Positions 51,571 to 64,000 of a stretch of DNA of 64,000 nt are shown piece by piece. Below the pieces are notes generated by a model that was given only the letters and a program-made list of their open reading frames with translations, was not told the DNA's origin and did no database searches. Made by a program: the position numbers and the translations under genes. The stretch's first letter is position 1; the number at the start of each line of letters is the position of its first letter. This stretch comes from Octopus sinensis. Its lineage: Eukaryota. The DNA lies in NCBI RefSeq assembly GCF_006345805.1, contig NC_043004.1, forward strand, positions 5,456,001-5,520,000. The letters run 5' to 3'.

Positions 51571-51749
51571 ATTGGAGAGAGGTTTGGCTACTATTTCTAC
51601 CAGGCCATTGGAGATAGGTTTGGCTGCTATTTCTACCAGGCCATTGGAGAGAGGTTTGGCTGCTATTTCTACCAGGCCATTGGAGAGAGGTTTGACTGCT
51701 ATTTCTTGCAGGTCATCGGTTAGAGGTTTGGTTGCTATTTCTTGCAGAT
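51571..51749. repeat. 36-bp minisatellite, ~5 units
   Basis: Unit attggagagaggtttggctgctatttctaccaggcc; divergence increases 3'-ward. Confidence 0.95.
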
Positions 51750-52329
51750 TGAGTGATTACATAAAATCTCCTTCATTGGATCATCCCTCCACCATCCAAG
51801 ATTTGATGAAATTAATATCTGCAACATATTGAGGTTGTTTCAATAAACAGCACTCCACCCATTACAAAAAAATTAGTTTTTTATGATTAGAATTTGTTTT
51901 TTTCTTTTTTGTGCTATTACAAGTTGCAGGCATAGTTGTGTGGTGAAAGAATTTGCTTCCCAGCCACATGGTTCCGGGTTCAGTCTCACTGTGTCCTACC
52001 TTGGGCAAGTGTCTTCTGCTATGGTCCCGCGCTGACCAAGACTTGAGTGGATTTGGTAGAGAGGCACTGAAAGAAGCCTGTTATGTATCAGTGTGTGTGT
52101 GTGTAACTGTCTTTTTGCCTTCACATCAAATCATCATCATCATCATTTAATGCCCTGTTGTCCATGCTGGCATGGGCTGGATGGTTTGACCAGGGCTGGC
52201 AAGCTGGGTGGGGTGGGAGGATGACCAGACTCCAATCTGATTGGGCATGGTTTCTATGGCCGGATGCCCTTCCTAACGCCAACCACTTTATCGGTTTTAA
52301 CACTTCTGCTGTGGAGTACGGGTCTTCTT

Positions 52330-52745
52330 GAGTACATCAAGGCATCAAGCATCTCGGTCCCTTGCCATCTCATTTGAAAAGTTCAGCATCCTGAAGTTGT
52401 TCTTCAGTACTTTATCCCAGGTCTTTGTGGGTCTCCCACTTCCACATGTTCCATTTACTTTGAAAGATTGGCATTTGTTTATGGAGCTGTCAGGATCCAT
52501 CCACACCACATGACTGAACCAGCAGTCTTCTCTCTTGCACACAGCAACTAATTCTTCTTATGTCTGACTTCTCTCTCAAAACACTAGCACTCTGTCGAAC
52601 ATGCACACTTACATTACACATCCAGTGGAGCATACTAGTCTCATTCCACCCTAACCTTTACATGTCTTCTGCATTCAGGGCCCATGTCTCACCACCATGT
52701 AGAATTGCTGTCCTTGTAAAGTGAAGGTGCATGGCATGGCTTACA
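52330..52745 (-). mobile_element. RTE LINE 3' fragment continuous with the family A tail at 52130-52330
   Basis: WFSHVVWMD...CGSGRPTKTWDKVLKNNFRML; a similar minus fragment is at ~42440-42660. Confidence 0.8.
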
Positions 52746-53129
52746 ACTGTAAGGATAGATAGATAGGTTACAGGCTTCCACACAGTTTCCACCAAACAAA
52801 TTCAATCATAAAGCTTTGGTTGGCCTGGGACTATAACAGAACACCCTTCCCCAAGATGCCATGCAGTGGGACTGAACCTGAAACCATGTGATTACAAAGC
52901 AAAATTCTTAACCGCACAACCATACCTACACCTAATATTCTTTTCTACTCTAGGTACAAGGCCTGAAATTTTTGGGGAGGAGCCCAGTCAATTAGATCAA
53001 CCCCAGTATGCAATTGGTACTTAATTTATCAACCCTGAAAGGATGAAAGGCAAAGCTGACCTCAGTAGAATTTGAACTCTACCAGACAAAATATCGCTAA
53101 GCATTTTGCCTGGCATGCTAACATTTCTA

Positions 53130-53325
53130 CCATTATCATCATCATCATCATCATCATCATTATCATCATCATCATCATCATCGTCATCATCATCATCATC
53201 TTCATCATCATCATCATCATCCGCCTCTTTATCATCATCATCGTCGTCATCATCATCATCATCATCATCCTCTTTATCATCATCATCGTCATCATCTTTA
53301 TCATCAACATCATCATCATCATCTG
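53130..53325. repeat. (ATC)n compound repeat
   Basis: Seen directly. Confidence 0.95.
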
Positions 53326-54099
53326 AGGAGAGGGAGAAGTCTTTTACCTCAACCCTAGTATTTCACTGGTATTTATTTTATCAAAAAACAGTAAATTATT
53401 TTTGTTTTTATTTTATTTCTTCTCATCTTCCTCCTACTTTCACCAAATAAAAGCTTAAAAAATAAAATCATGATAAACTCTAGTCTTTCATTATTGAAAA
53501 GAGAATTGGGTGACTATTAGTAAATATTTGCCAAAGAATCATACAAGAGTCTGAAATTTTCTCAAGACATAAGTGAATTTGAAGATCCAGTGTCATTTCT
53601 CACACTGGTAACATGACATGAAATTCTTGATGCTAAAATTTATTTAGATTAGGAAAAGGAAAAATTGGTTGGCTGGTTGGAATGGTGCCAACAGATCTTA
53701 ATGTTGCTATTGGATCTTATTACATAAACCAGATGTTTTGTGGCAAAATTAAAAAATAAAATCCTTCTGGAGTTTCTTGAATATTGCTTCAGATGTTATA
53801 GGATTTCGCAGTAAAGTATCAAAATGGCTTCTCTCCAATGATATTTTTTAAAATTAAATTTTTCACAAAATAAAACAAAAAAATATTTAGATCAGTATAA
53901 CTCACCCCATTTTAGCTCTGGCTATATATTTTTTCTTTATGTAAAAACAAAAAATAACAAGTTTTTTTTTATACAGGATAAAAAAAAATAAATTAAAAAG
54001 ACGATCAAATTAAATTTTCTGTGGTTAAATAAATTTAATAGAAATTAAAATACGGCCAACTCCTATGAAACTAAACCAGAGAAATATTGTTGCTTTCAT

Positions 54100-54800
54100 T
54101 GTCATTGTTATCACTATCATTGACATCATCATCATCATCATCGTCATCATCATCAGCAGCATCATGATGATGGTCGTTGTTGTTCTCATCATCATCATCA
54201 TTGTTGTCATCGTCATCACTTCCACCACCAGCACCACCACCACTACCTCCACCACCACCAGTACCACCAGTACCAGCAGCAGCAGCAGTGGCACCACCAC
54301 CACCGCCACCATCCTCATTACCATCATCATCATCATTAATGTCATCATTAGCAGCATTATCATCAGGAACATTGTCCTCATCATCATCATCATTGTAGTT
54401 GTCATCACCACTACCATCATCATCATCATCATCATTATCATCATCATTATCATCATCATCATCTTCGTCATCATCATCATTGTAGTTGTCATCACCACTA
54501 CCATCATCATCATCATCATCATCATCATTATCATTATCATCATCATCATCATCGTCATCATCATCATCATCATCTTCATCATCATCATCATCATCATCCT
54601 CTTTATCATCATCATCGTCATCATCATCATCATCCTCTTTATCATCATCATCGTCATCATCATCATCTTCATCATCATCTTTATCATCATCTTCATCATT
54701 GTTATCATCATCATCATCATCTGTCATCGTCATCAATGTCATCATCTTCATCATCATCGTCATAATTGTCATCGTCGTTGCCGTCATCATCATCATTGTC
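54100..54800. repeat. ~700-bp (ATC)n/(ACC)n compound repeat
   Basis: Seen directly; source of several spurious low-complexity ORFs. Confidence 0.95.
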
Positions 54801-54974
54801 ATTACCAATGTTGTTATCGTTGTTTTTTTGGGTTACTAATATGAGAAACAGGTTTTTTTTCTACAGTAATAAATGAGCTAATTGCTTACTGCTAATATCT
54901 AATTAATCAGAGAAAATATTTAATAAATTTTGGGAAAGATGTTGAAAAATTATGTGCTTGAGAAGACTTTGATA

Positions 54975-55315
54975 TACGTGTGGGTGCGTGTTTGTTTGAT
55001 TGTGTGTTGTGTGTGTGTGTATGTGTGTGTGTGCATGCGTATGTTTGTGCATGTGTGTTTGTCTGTGTATGTGTGCGTGTGTGTGTGCATGTGTGTTTGT
55101 GTGTATGTGGTGTGTATATGTGTGTTTGTGTGTTTGGTGTGTGTGTGTGTGTGTGTGCATGCGTATTTGTGTGTATATGTGTGTGGTGTGTGTGTATTTG
55201 TATGTGTATTTGTGTATGTATGTGTATGTGTGTGTGCATGCATATTTGTGTGTATGTGGTGTGTAAATGTGTGGTATGTGTGTGTGTTTGTGTGTGTGCA
55301 TGTGTGTGTGTGTGT
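54975..55315. repeat. Degenerate (TG)n tract
   Basis: Seen directly. Confidence 0.95.
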
Positions 55316-55449
55316 CCTGCATCAATAAATCAAGTAGGACTTAGAAAATGTTGGATAAATGCTCACACAGACAAAAAAATAAAAAGCATGTGATAGGAAG
55401 ACGATTCAATTTCCCATGTACCCTTACTTTTTGTGGCTCCTGTGTATCT

Positions 55450-55740
55450 TCCACACTCAAGCACTACCACTCTCCTTTAACCTTCATGTAGTTCCACAGC
55501 ACCCCTTGTGTGTCCATAACTTGCACTGGCTACACCATATAGAATTCCTACCTATGCCTTTCCTACATATCAAGCAGGGCCATTTACCTGAATGGGGAAG
55601 GGTCCTATTTGTTTTGTCACTTACCTTGGACATTGCTTAGTTAACTTCAAGACCCATTGATTCCAGGCTTTGCTACCACATCTGGAATTTCTTTTCTAAC
55701 TCTGTTACAATTTCTGCTATGAGAGCAAGATCATCAACAT
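55450..55740 (-). mobile_element. RTE LINE RT fragment
   Basis: VDDLALIAEIVTELEKKFQMW...GKWPCLICRKGIGRNSIWCSQCKLWTHKGC. Confidence 0.8.
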
Positions 55741-56962
55741 ATAGTAGTTCCCTGGGGCAGCTAATCTTGGCACATAAAAAGCACCCACTACATTCTTGGA
55801 GTGGTTGGCATTAGGAAGGGCATCCAGCTGTAGAAACTCTGCCAGATCAGATTGGAGCCTGGTGCAGCCACTGGCTCTCCAGACCTCAGTCAAACCGTTC
55901 AACCCATGCCAGCATGGAAAATGGACATTAAACGATGACGATGATGAGGATACATACACATACATAATTACGTAGAGAGGTAGATATAAATGCAAGAGAA
56001 TCTTTTCACTTTCATCGGCAGATCGAGAAATTAATTTTTTGTAACTAAACACTTTCAAACTTCAGACACTGGTAGAATGTGTCATATAAAATATCTTTTA
56101 CTCTTAGCGTTGTTGAGAAAAGTTTCTATTTATGAAGTTATTTCGTGTTAAAGTTGTCCTGTTTCGGTAATTTCAACCAATCATTGGCGTGTATTCAGCT
56201 GAATAAAATTACTGCTGTTGTTTGTCAGCAACAACTTCTGGTGGTGTATATTTCGTTTGTCACTGTTATTTATGACATATTTCATCTCAGTTACGTTTGT
56301 ATGAATAAACGAGTGTATCTGAAGCATGTTTACTTCATGGCACCACCATAATCATTCATGCATTTCTATTGCTTTTTAGGGTTTTATTTTTTCCTGATTT
56401 TCAGCTACTATTTTCGGAAAGACTTCCTCCCATTCACTGCCCCCCCCCCCTTTTTTTTTTATCGCAAATTATTGGTTCTTTTAAAGAAAATTTTTTGCCA
56501 AAAACCTAGCTTTTCGGATACGGAGATTCCAGAAAATTACCAAAATTCGGAATTTTGAAATTTTTTTGCCCCTTACCCCTCCTCCAATTTCTTTATTTTT
56601 CACTTTTTAGATAGATTAATGTTTGCTTTTATGTCAGACAATATATAAAGACAATTTAACATCAAACTAAAGAAGTACTCAATATTTTTCAATACATTAC
56701 ATAAATATACTTTAACAACAAGTGTGATAACAATGACTTCAGGCTGACAGCCAGAAACTTCAAAGTCACTGTCAACCCTCTGTTTGTAAATATATAATGT
56801 AATATAATATAAGCTCAAATAAAGGTTACAAACCTCATTAAGGGATAAAAAAATCCAATGAATATACTGGTTTATTACCTATTACAAGAAGTATTGAATA
56901 TTACAATTCTAATGATATAATATATATATATATATACATACACATGCATATATACCTACGTG

Positions 56963-57006
<44 letters not shown>

Positions 57007-57123
57007 TATATATATGTACATACATGTACATGCATACATACATATATGTGCATACATACATACATATATACACACACACATAGATATGTACATACACCAC
57101 ATGTGCATACATACATTCATACA

Positions 57124-57184
<61 letters not shown>

Positions 57185-57207
57185 GTATGTATATGTATGT
57201 ATGTATA

Positions 57208-57243
<36 letters not shown>

Positions 57244-57412
57244 TATATACAACTACAGCCGGCTATTACCAGTAAAGGTTTTAGTTGCCAATTTTGTACA
57301 AGACATTGTAGATCTTTAGCTGGGCTAAAACGTCACATTCGATCACAGCACCAGTAACAGTTAAGCTTCGTGCAATGGCCATACTCGATAACGAGGGGGC
57401 AGCCATAAAATG

Positions 57413-57444
<32 letters not shown>

Positions 57445-57450
57445 TGTATG

Positions 57451-57523
<73 letters not shown>

Positions 57524-57561
57524 GTGTGTGTGTGTGTGTACATACATGTGCATACATACAC

Positions 57562-57599
<38 letters not shown>

Positions 57600-58599
57600 C
57601 ATACACTTGCACACACACATGTAGGTACATACACACAAGTATACACACACACTACGTCTGTTAATGAAAATACACTTTTTCTCAAGGGCATTACACACAC
57701 ACACACACACACATAGAGACACATGAATGCTGACATGTGCACACATAGTACATGTATTAACGAACGTGTTTTTTTTTCTCCCCAGAGTGTTATGCATATA
57801 CATGCACCCCATGCATGAGCATGCATAAACACACAATGTATGCATGCACAGTACATCTATTCTTCTTTTTAAAGAAGATGTTTGCTCCTTCCCAAGGGCA
57901 TCAGCCATTCAAGTGAAATAGCACCAGTCTTGGGTATTGAAACCATGTCTCAGAATGTCTTTACCAAGAAGTTGCTGCTATAAATTAACTGTTGTTAGAG
58001 CTGCTGCCGCCATATCGGCTGGCAGAAGGTTAATGGGTGGTGTGGAGGTGGGGGTTAGTACGTTGTTGTTGTTGTTGTTGTGGTGGTGGTGGTGGTGGGG
58101 TGGTGGTGGTGGTGGGGTGGTGGTTGATGGAATTTTTGGTGGAAGTGGTGGTAGCGACAGAAGCTTTACCTGAAGATTATTTTGTTTGCCGATAACGATA
58201 ACGACACCAACAAGGAATGACATGCCAACGACGACCACAGCAATGGCGACGGGGGTGAGGAAGAGGAAGGGGAATGTGGAGGAGTGTGATGGTGGTGGTG
58301 GTGGTAGTGATGGTGGGTAGGGGAGGAGGGGAGGAAGACAATGATGATGATGATTATAATGGTGGTGGAGGCGGTGGTGATGATGATGACAAAGATGACA
58401 GCAACGGTATTGACAATGACAATGATGATGATGATAGAGGTGAGAAGAAAGGAAGAGGAGGAGGAGAAGGATAATGACAAAATCATGAGATATAACATCA
58501 TTTCAATCTTTTAATCTCTCTTTTTTTTGATTCCACACACTTATAAAAACAAAAAGGTTGGCCATTCCTTCTTAGACAGACCTGTGAAGGTCTGCTTGC

Positions 58600-59700
58600 C
58601 AAAATACCACATCCACTGGCCTATGAAGAGACTAGTCTATTTCTACCTTTTCTAATGCTACTTTGAGAAGCAGACCTAACCTATCACCTCCTTTAATGCC
58701 ACCATTTGGCACCTTGATTGCTTTTATTGATCCATCCACTCATCTTCTCTGCCCCAATATTCCTGGGGGTATTGTGAGGGGAGGTATCATGAGGATAGAA
58801 TCCTCAGGCACCTTATTCATAGGGTCCTATCAGAAACAACTTTCATTAGACTTTCTGGTTCAATTTCCAAGCAGAATCAATGAGGACTATAGATATTATT
58901 CAATAAAAAGCACCATCCGAACGCAGTCGATGCCAGCACCCCCTGACTGGCTCCTGTGCCAGTGGTACGTAAAAAGCGTTATCTGAATGTGGTCGATGCC
59001 AGGCCTGCCCGACTGACTCCTGTGCCGGTGGCATGTAAAAAGCAGCCACTGCACTCTTGGAGTGGTTGGCATTAGGAAGGGCATCCAGCTGTAGAAACAT
59101 TGCCAGATCAGATTGGAGCCTGGTGCAGCTGCTGGCTCGCCAGCCCTCAGTCAAACCGTCTAACCCATGCCAGCATGGGAAACAGATGTTAAATGTTGAT
59201 GATAATGATGATGATCTCATTCTTGATTTACCTTTAGCTCTCCTGCCAGTTGACTTGGCTTGGAGAATCTATCCTGTGCTTCTTACCAATGATATTCTAA
59301 TCACTCATCCAAAGTACCAGGGTTGTGGCTTTTCCATACTGAGAAGTAGTGGCTCAATTTAGAGGAACTCTCTGATTTCAAAGCTTCACATCCTGTCAAG
59401 TAATGTTGTTCCAGAGATCCTTATCAAATTCCATTAAAGGAAAATGTTTGGATTTGGTCCAATTTGAAAAGAATACATAAATCATGGAATTTTTAACCCT
59501 CTAATTCCCTTATGCTGCTGTTAGAGACCCTGTAAAAGGGGTCATAGGTGCTGTCTTTCCTCTTTTGACATTTTTGATAATGCCCTAAAGATAACAAAAT
59601 AAAACTGCAATGGTTCATGTTTCTCTGCACAAACAGATTTTACATCTTCTCTTATCAACTACAGTGACTTCTTGACTCAAAGACTTCTTCACTCAAAGAA
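58600..59700 (-). mobile_element. Very old RTE-like LINE remnant split by a family A copy
   Basis: Decayed C-terminal LINE-like translation (LEIEPESLMKVVSDRTL...); many stops. Confidence 0.35.
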
Positions 59701-60001
59701 GGTGCAAATGAGATGGGTGTTACCTTTACTCTTTAGTTCCTCCTCCTCCTCCTCCTCCTTCATCATCATCATTTGTTTCAGTTATTGGACTGCAGCCATG
59801 CTGTGGCACTGCCTTGAAAGGTTCCAGCTGAACAAATTGACCCTAGTAATAATTTTTTTTTAAACTGATACTTATTCTCTCAGTCTCTTTGGCTGAATAC
59901 TAAGTTACAGGGATGTAAACAAACAAACACTGGTTGTCAAGCAGTGTGTGTGTGTGTGGTGGGGGGACAAACACAAACACAGACATGCGCACACACACAC
60001 A

Positions 60002-60374
60002 CAAGAGGTGCTGTAAAGTTCCTGGCTTTAAGAATATTCTTTTCTAATCTAGGCACAAGGCCCAAAATTTGGGGGCCAGTCAGTTAGATCGACCCCCCAG
60101 TACTTGACTTGTACTTAATTTATTGACCCCAAAAGAATGAAAGGCAAAGTTGACCTCAGCAGAATTTGAACTCAGAGCATAAAGACAGACGAAATACTGC
60201 TAGCATTGTTGGGGGCCCAAACTTCCAAGTTCTTTTACAAGGCTTAGAAAAACTGAAGGACATCTGCAATAAGTGTGTGAATCTGAGAGAGGAAGAGGTT
60301 GTATAACATCATGATTAACTGATCCTCCTGTATTTTCTTTTACCCAAAACCAGGAACTTTTCAGCACACCCTTG
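60002..60374. mobile_element. Mariner-derived MITE with nested SINE C
   Basis: TIRs caagaggtgctgtaaagttcctggctt / aaaccaggaacttttcagcacacccttg followed by TA. Confidence 0.75.
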
Positions 60375-60765
60375 TATATACAAACCAAGCTTCCATACAG
60401 TTTCTGTCTACCAAGATCACTCACAAAGCATTAATCAGCCTTGAGCTATGGTCAAAGACACTTGCCAAAGAAGCCTTGCAGTGGAACTGAACCTGAAAGC
60501 ACATGGCTGCATAGCAAGCTTTATAATCTCAAAGCCATGCCTGCCTCAGTCTAAATAGTGGAAAACATTGATCCCTCACAAAGGCACAAAGCTAGGAGAG
60601 AAGTATGATTGATTTTATCAAATCCAGTAATTGACTGGTGTTTTATTTTATTGGCCCTCAAGAGAATGAGATGCAAAATTGACCTCAATATAGCTTGAAC
60701 TCTGACCATATAAGGCTGTAACTAAATATTGTAAGAATTTTGTCTGATGTTCTTATGATTTTGCT

Positions 60766-60972
60766 AATCTGCCACCTTAGTGAAAGCACATAATCTGCCA
60801 CCCTAGTGAAGGCACATAATCTGCCACTCTAGTGAGGGCACATAATCTGCCACCCTAGTGAAGGCACATAATCTGCAACTCTAGTGAGGGCACATAATCT
60901 GCCTCCCTAGTGAAGGTACATAATCTTCCACCCTAGTGAAGGCACATAATCTGTCACCTAGTGAAGGCACAT
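60766..60972. repeat. 26-bp minisatellite, ~8 units
   Basis: Unit ataatctgccaccctagtgaaggcac; two variants alternate. Confidence 0.95.
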
Positions 60973-63313
60973 TAGTGGTTTGGGTATTCAGCTCATGATT
61001 ATAAGGTTCATTGTCACATTGAGCAAGACACTTAATTTCACATTGCTCAAGGCTGGCTTTAAGGAATTCAGGTTGAAAGCCTTAGGAAAACGTCTTCCAT
61101 CATTGCGTTGCAACAACCTAAATCTTGGAAATAAAACTGGATAAAAAGAAAATATGTGAAATTCCATTGGGTGGTTGGTATAATAATAATAATAATAATG
61201 AAATTATTGTATACAGTGCTCAGGTGCACCACAACTTGTCAAAAGTGTGTATAAAGCATATGCAGTAATGCACAAATATCTGGAAAGTGAACAGTGTATG
61301 AGTCAGATACATGCTTGCATGTGTATCTATTCTTTGGTGGCAAATTTTATCTATCATCATGTTTAACTGACCATAAGATGGCTTTTAGGTGATCTTAGCA
61401 GAATCTACCATGTTGAAAATATTATGGATAAGGCTTTGGTATAAGGATAACACAAGAGTTGTATTTTCTTCCTCTGTGTCCCACCATGAGTCTTGGTGAC
61501 CCAACCAAGAAAGGTTACAGACACTGCTTTGTTCTTCTTTGTTTTGAGTTAAAAATATCAGAACACTAATATCATCATAAAGTGCAAGTGTGGCTGTGTG
61601 GTAAGAAGTTTGCTTCCCAAACACATGGTTCTGGGTTCAGTCCCACTATGTGACACCTTGGGCATGTGTCTTCTGCTATAGCCTCAGGCTGACCAAAGCC
61701 TTGTGAGTGGATTTGATAGACAGCAACTGAAAGAAGCCATTGTGTGTGTGTGTGTGTGTGTGTGTGAGTGTCTGTGTTTGTTCCCTATGACAGCCTGACA
61801 ATCATTGTTGGTATGTTTATGTCCCTGTTACTTAGTAGTTTAGCAAAGGAGCCCAATAGAATAAGTACCAAGTTTTAAAAAAAAATAAAAGTTCTGGGAT
61901 TGATTCATTTAAGTAAAAAAATTCCTCAAGGCAGTGCCCCAGCATGGCCGTAATCTAATGATTGGAACAAGTAAAAGTTCATCATCATGTATGGTCCACT
62001 TTTCCCTGCTTGCTTGGGTCAGATGGAATTTGTTAACAAATTGTTCATATTTGGTTGATTAAAAATGAAATGGCAAGTATTTATTGACCTTTTTCCTTCC
62101 TTTAAAAATCAGCACGGACATTCTGGACAACCCAATACATTAAGGGTACATGTATCCGTGGAGTGCTCAGCCATTTACACATTAATTTCATGAGCAGGCT
62201 GTTCGGTTGATCGTATCAACTGGAACCCTCGTCATCGCAACCAATGGAGTGCCAGCCTTTTTTTTCATTTCTTTGACGTTACTCCACCTCACCCAATTCC
62301 CTTTCAGCCATAATGAAATGAACTGAAAATAAAATAATAATATAAAAAAAAATATAATTTTCAAAAAAATGTGCTAATGAATTAATTTCATTAATTGAGC
62401 TTAACAATTTTTGGAGGCGAAAATATTTAAGGCTACAACATAAGCAAGAATAAAACAATTTTTTTCTCTCAGAATCGGTCTTAAACTCTACTAAAGAATA
62501 CAATATTTAATGACCTACAACATGTCACTTACTCTATAACTTGGCTGATATCAAATTCTAAGGTTTGGCACCAAATGGTATTTTTATGTAGCTGTTTTTG
62601 CTGCCGTTTATTTTATTATTTTTCTCTTTTGTTTATTTGTTTGTGATTTTTGGTGGAAAATTTTTTTATTTAATCATTAGTTTTATTTATTCATTTCTAT
62701 GTTTATTTACATTTTTATTTGATTATTTTTCTCTCATTTTGATTTTTTGTTTTTATTTTTATTTTCGGTATTTTTCTCCTGGGGGCTAATTACATTTTCA
62801 GTAAACCTATTCCTGTCGATATATCGAGCCTACTTGCCAAATTTTCTGGCACAGGTAGAAGCAAGGTCTGAAGTGTATGACAACCAAAAATGAGAGATGG
62901 AAGCTAGAACGGGTTGGAAATTAAACACTAATAAATAAACACAAACAAACAAACAAATATATAAACAAACAAACAAATATATATATAAACAAACAAACAT
63001 ATATATATAAATAAATAATATTCTGAGCTACAAATGAAGCAAAGAGTTTAAATGCCTTTTTAAAGTAGGTAATATTAGTAGCTAAAATTTAATTCTGCAT
63101 AAGCCATCAGTAGCTGGCTTCACGTTGAATATATCAAATGTAACATATGTTAATGTTAAATGAACTTTTGCATTCCTAGTTGACTTGAACTTACAGGGTG
63201 GTGTTGTGTTTAAAAATTTTCACTAGCAACAGAAATTAAACTTAGCCATGAGTCAAGGTCTGATGGGTTTATATATATATATATATAATATACACACACA
63301 CACATATACATAC

Positions 63314-63358
<45 letters not shown>

Positions 63359-63367
63359 TGCACATAC

Positions 63368-63410
<43 letters not shown>

Positions 63411-63413
63411 TAT

Positions 63414-63444
<31 letters not shown>

Positions 63445-63594
63445 CACATACATACATATATGAATTTTTATGTATGTTCAGGAATAAATTTACACAAGCA
63501 CACATACACACACGCACACATGCACATGCACACACACTGACATACATATACATTCTCACTCATGTATATGTATATATATATATATCTTTCCTTT

Positions 63595-63914
63595 ACTCCG
63601 CCGGTTACGACGACGAGGGTCCCAGCTGATACGATCAACGGAACAGCTTGCTCGTGAAATTAACGTGCAAATGGCTGAGCATTCCACAGACACGTGTACC
63701 CTTAACGTAGTTCTCGGGGATAATCAGCGTGACACAGAGAGTGACAAGGCTGACCCTTTGAAATACAAGTACAACTCATTTTTGCCAGCTGAGTGGACTG
63801 GAGCAACGTGAAATAAAGTGTCTTGCTCAAGGACACAACGCGTCGCCGGGAATCGTACTCACAACCTTACGATCATGAGCCGAATGCCCTAACCACTAAG
63901 CCACGCGCCCTCAC
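63595..63914 (-). mobile_element. Young full-length tRNA-derived SINE family D
   Basis: rc head ggcgcgtggcttagtggttagggcattcggctc...gtgagtacgattcccggcg with most CpGs retained. Confidence 0.9.
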
Positions 63915-63929
63915 ATATATATATATATG

Positions 63930-64000
<71 letters not shown>

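Noticed and set aside
51571-51749. 36-bp repeat of CRISPR-like length
   Set aside because: Units are contiguous with no spacers, so it is a minisatellite
54065-54844. Long ORFs (Asp-, Ile- or Met-rich, 230-260 aa)
   Set aside because: Translations of (ATC)n in several frames at once; the same applies to ORFs over TA, TG, CA and GATA tracts throughout the window
55975-56600. Probable repeat element
   Set aside because: Could not define termini or class, and the 3' part looks low quality

Overview
AT-rich, microsatellite-dense eukaryotic genomic DNA. The repeat content suggests an octopus or other coleoid cephalopod (inference). The only gene I can support is COP9 signalosome subunit 8 (COPS8/CSN8, + strand): six coding exons at 1184-9151 that splice in frame to 166 aa, with exon 1 apparently upstream of the window. 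The remaining ~55 kb is mostly mobile DNA: several tRNA-derived SINE families, RTE and L1/Tx1 LINE fragments, Penelope-like (GIY-YIG) remnants, several mariner lineages, a maT (DD37D) element, MITEs and long simple repeats. The most notable unannotated structure is a recurring set of short elements next to (TA)n tracts that carry type I hammerhead ribozyme motifs: near-intact at 18031-18093, 23353-23397 and 45202-45236, with relics elsewhere, including one on the sense strand of a COPS8 intron. These elements repeatedly form fold-back or inverted duplications anchored at the ribozyme, including a perfect 160-bp palindrome and a head-to-head double hammerhead. Three such elements sit in the central microsatellite of the same SINE family. 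All analysis was by eye; repeat boundaries are approximate (about +/-20 bp). Several stretches look like poorly polished long-read sequence.
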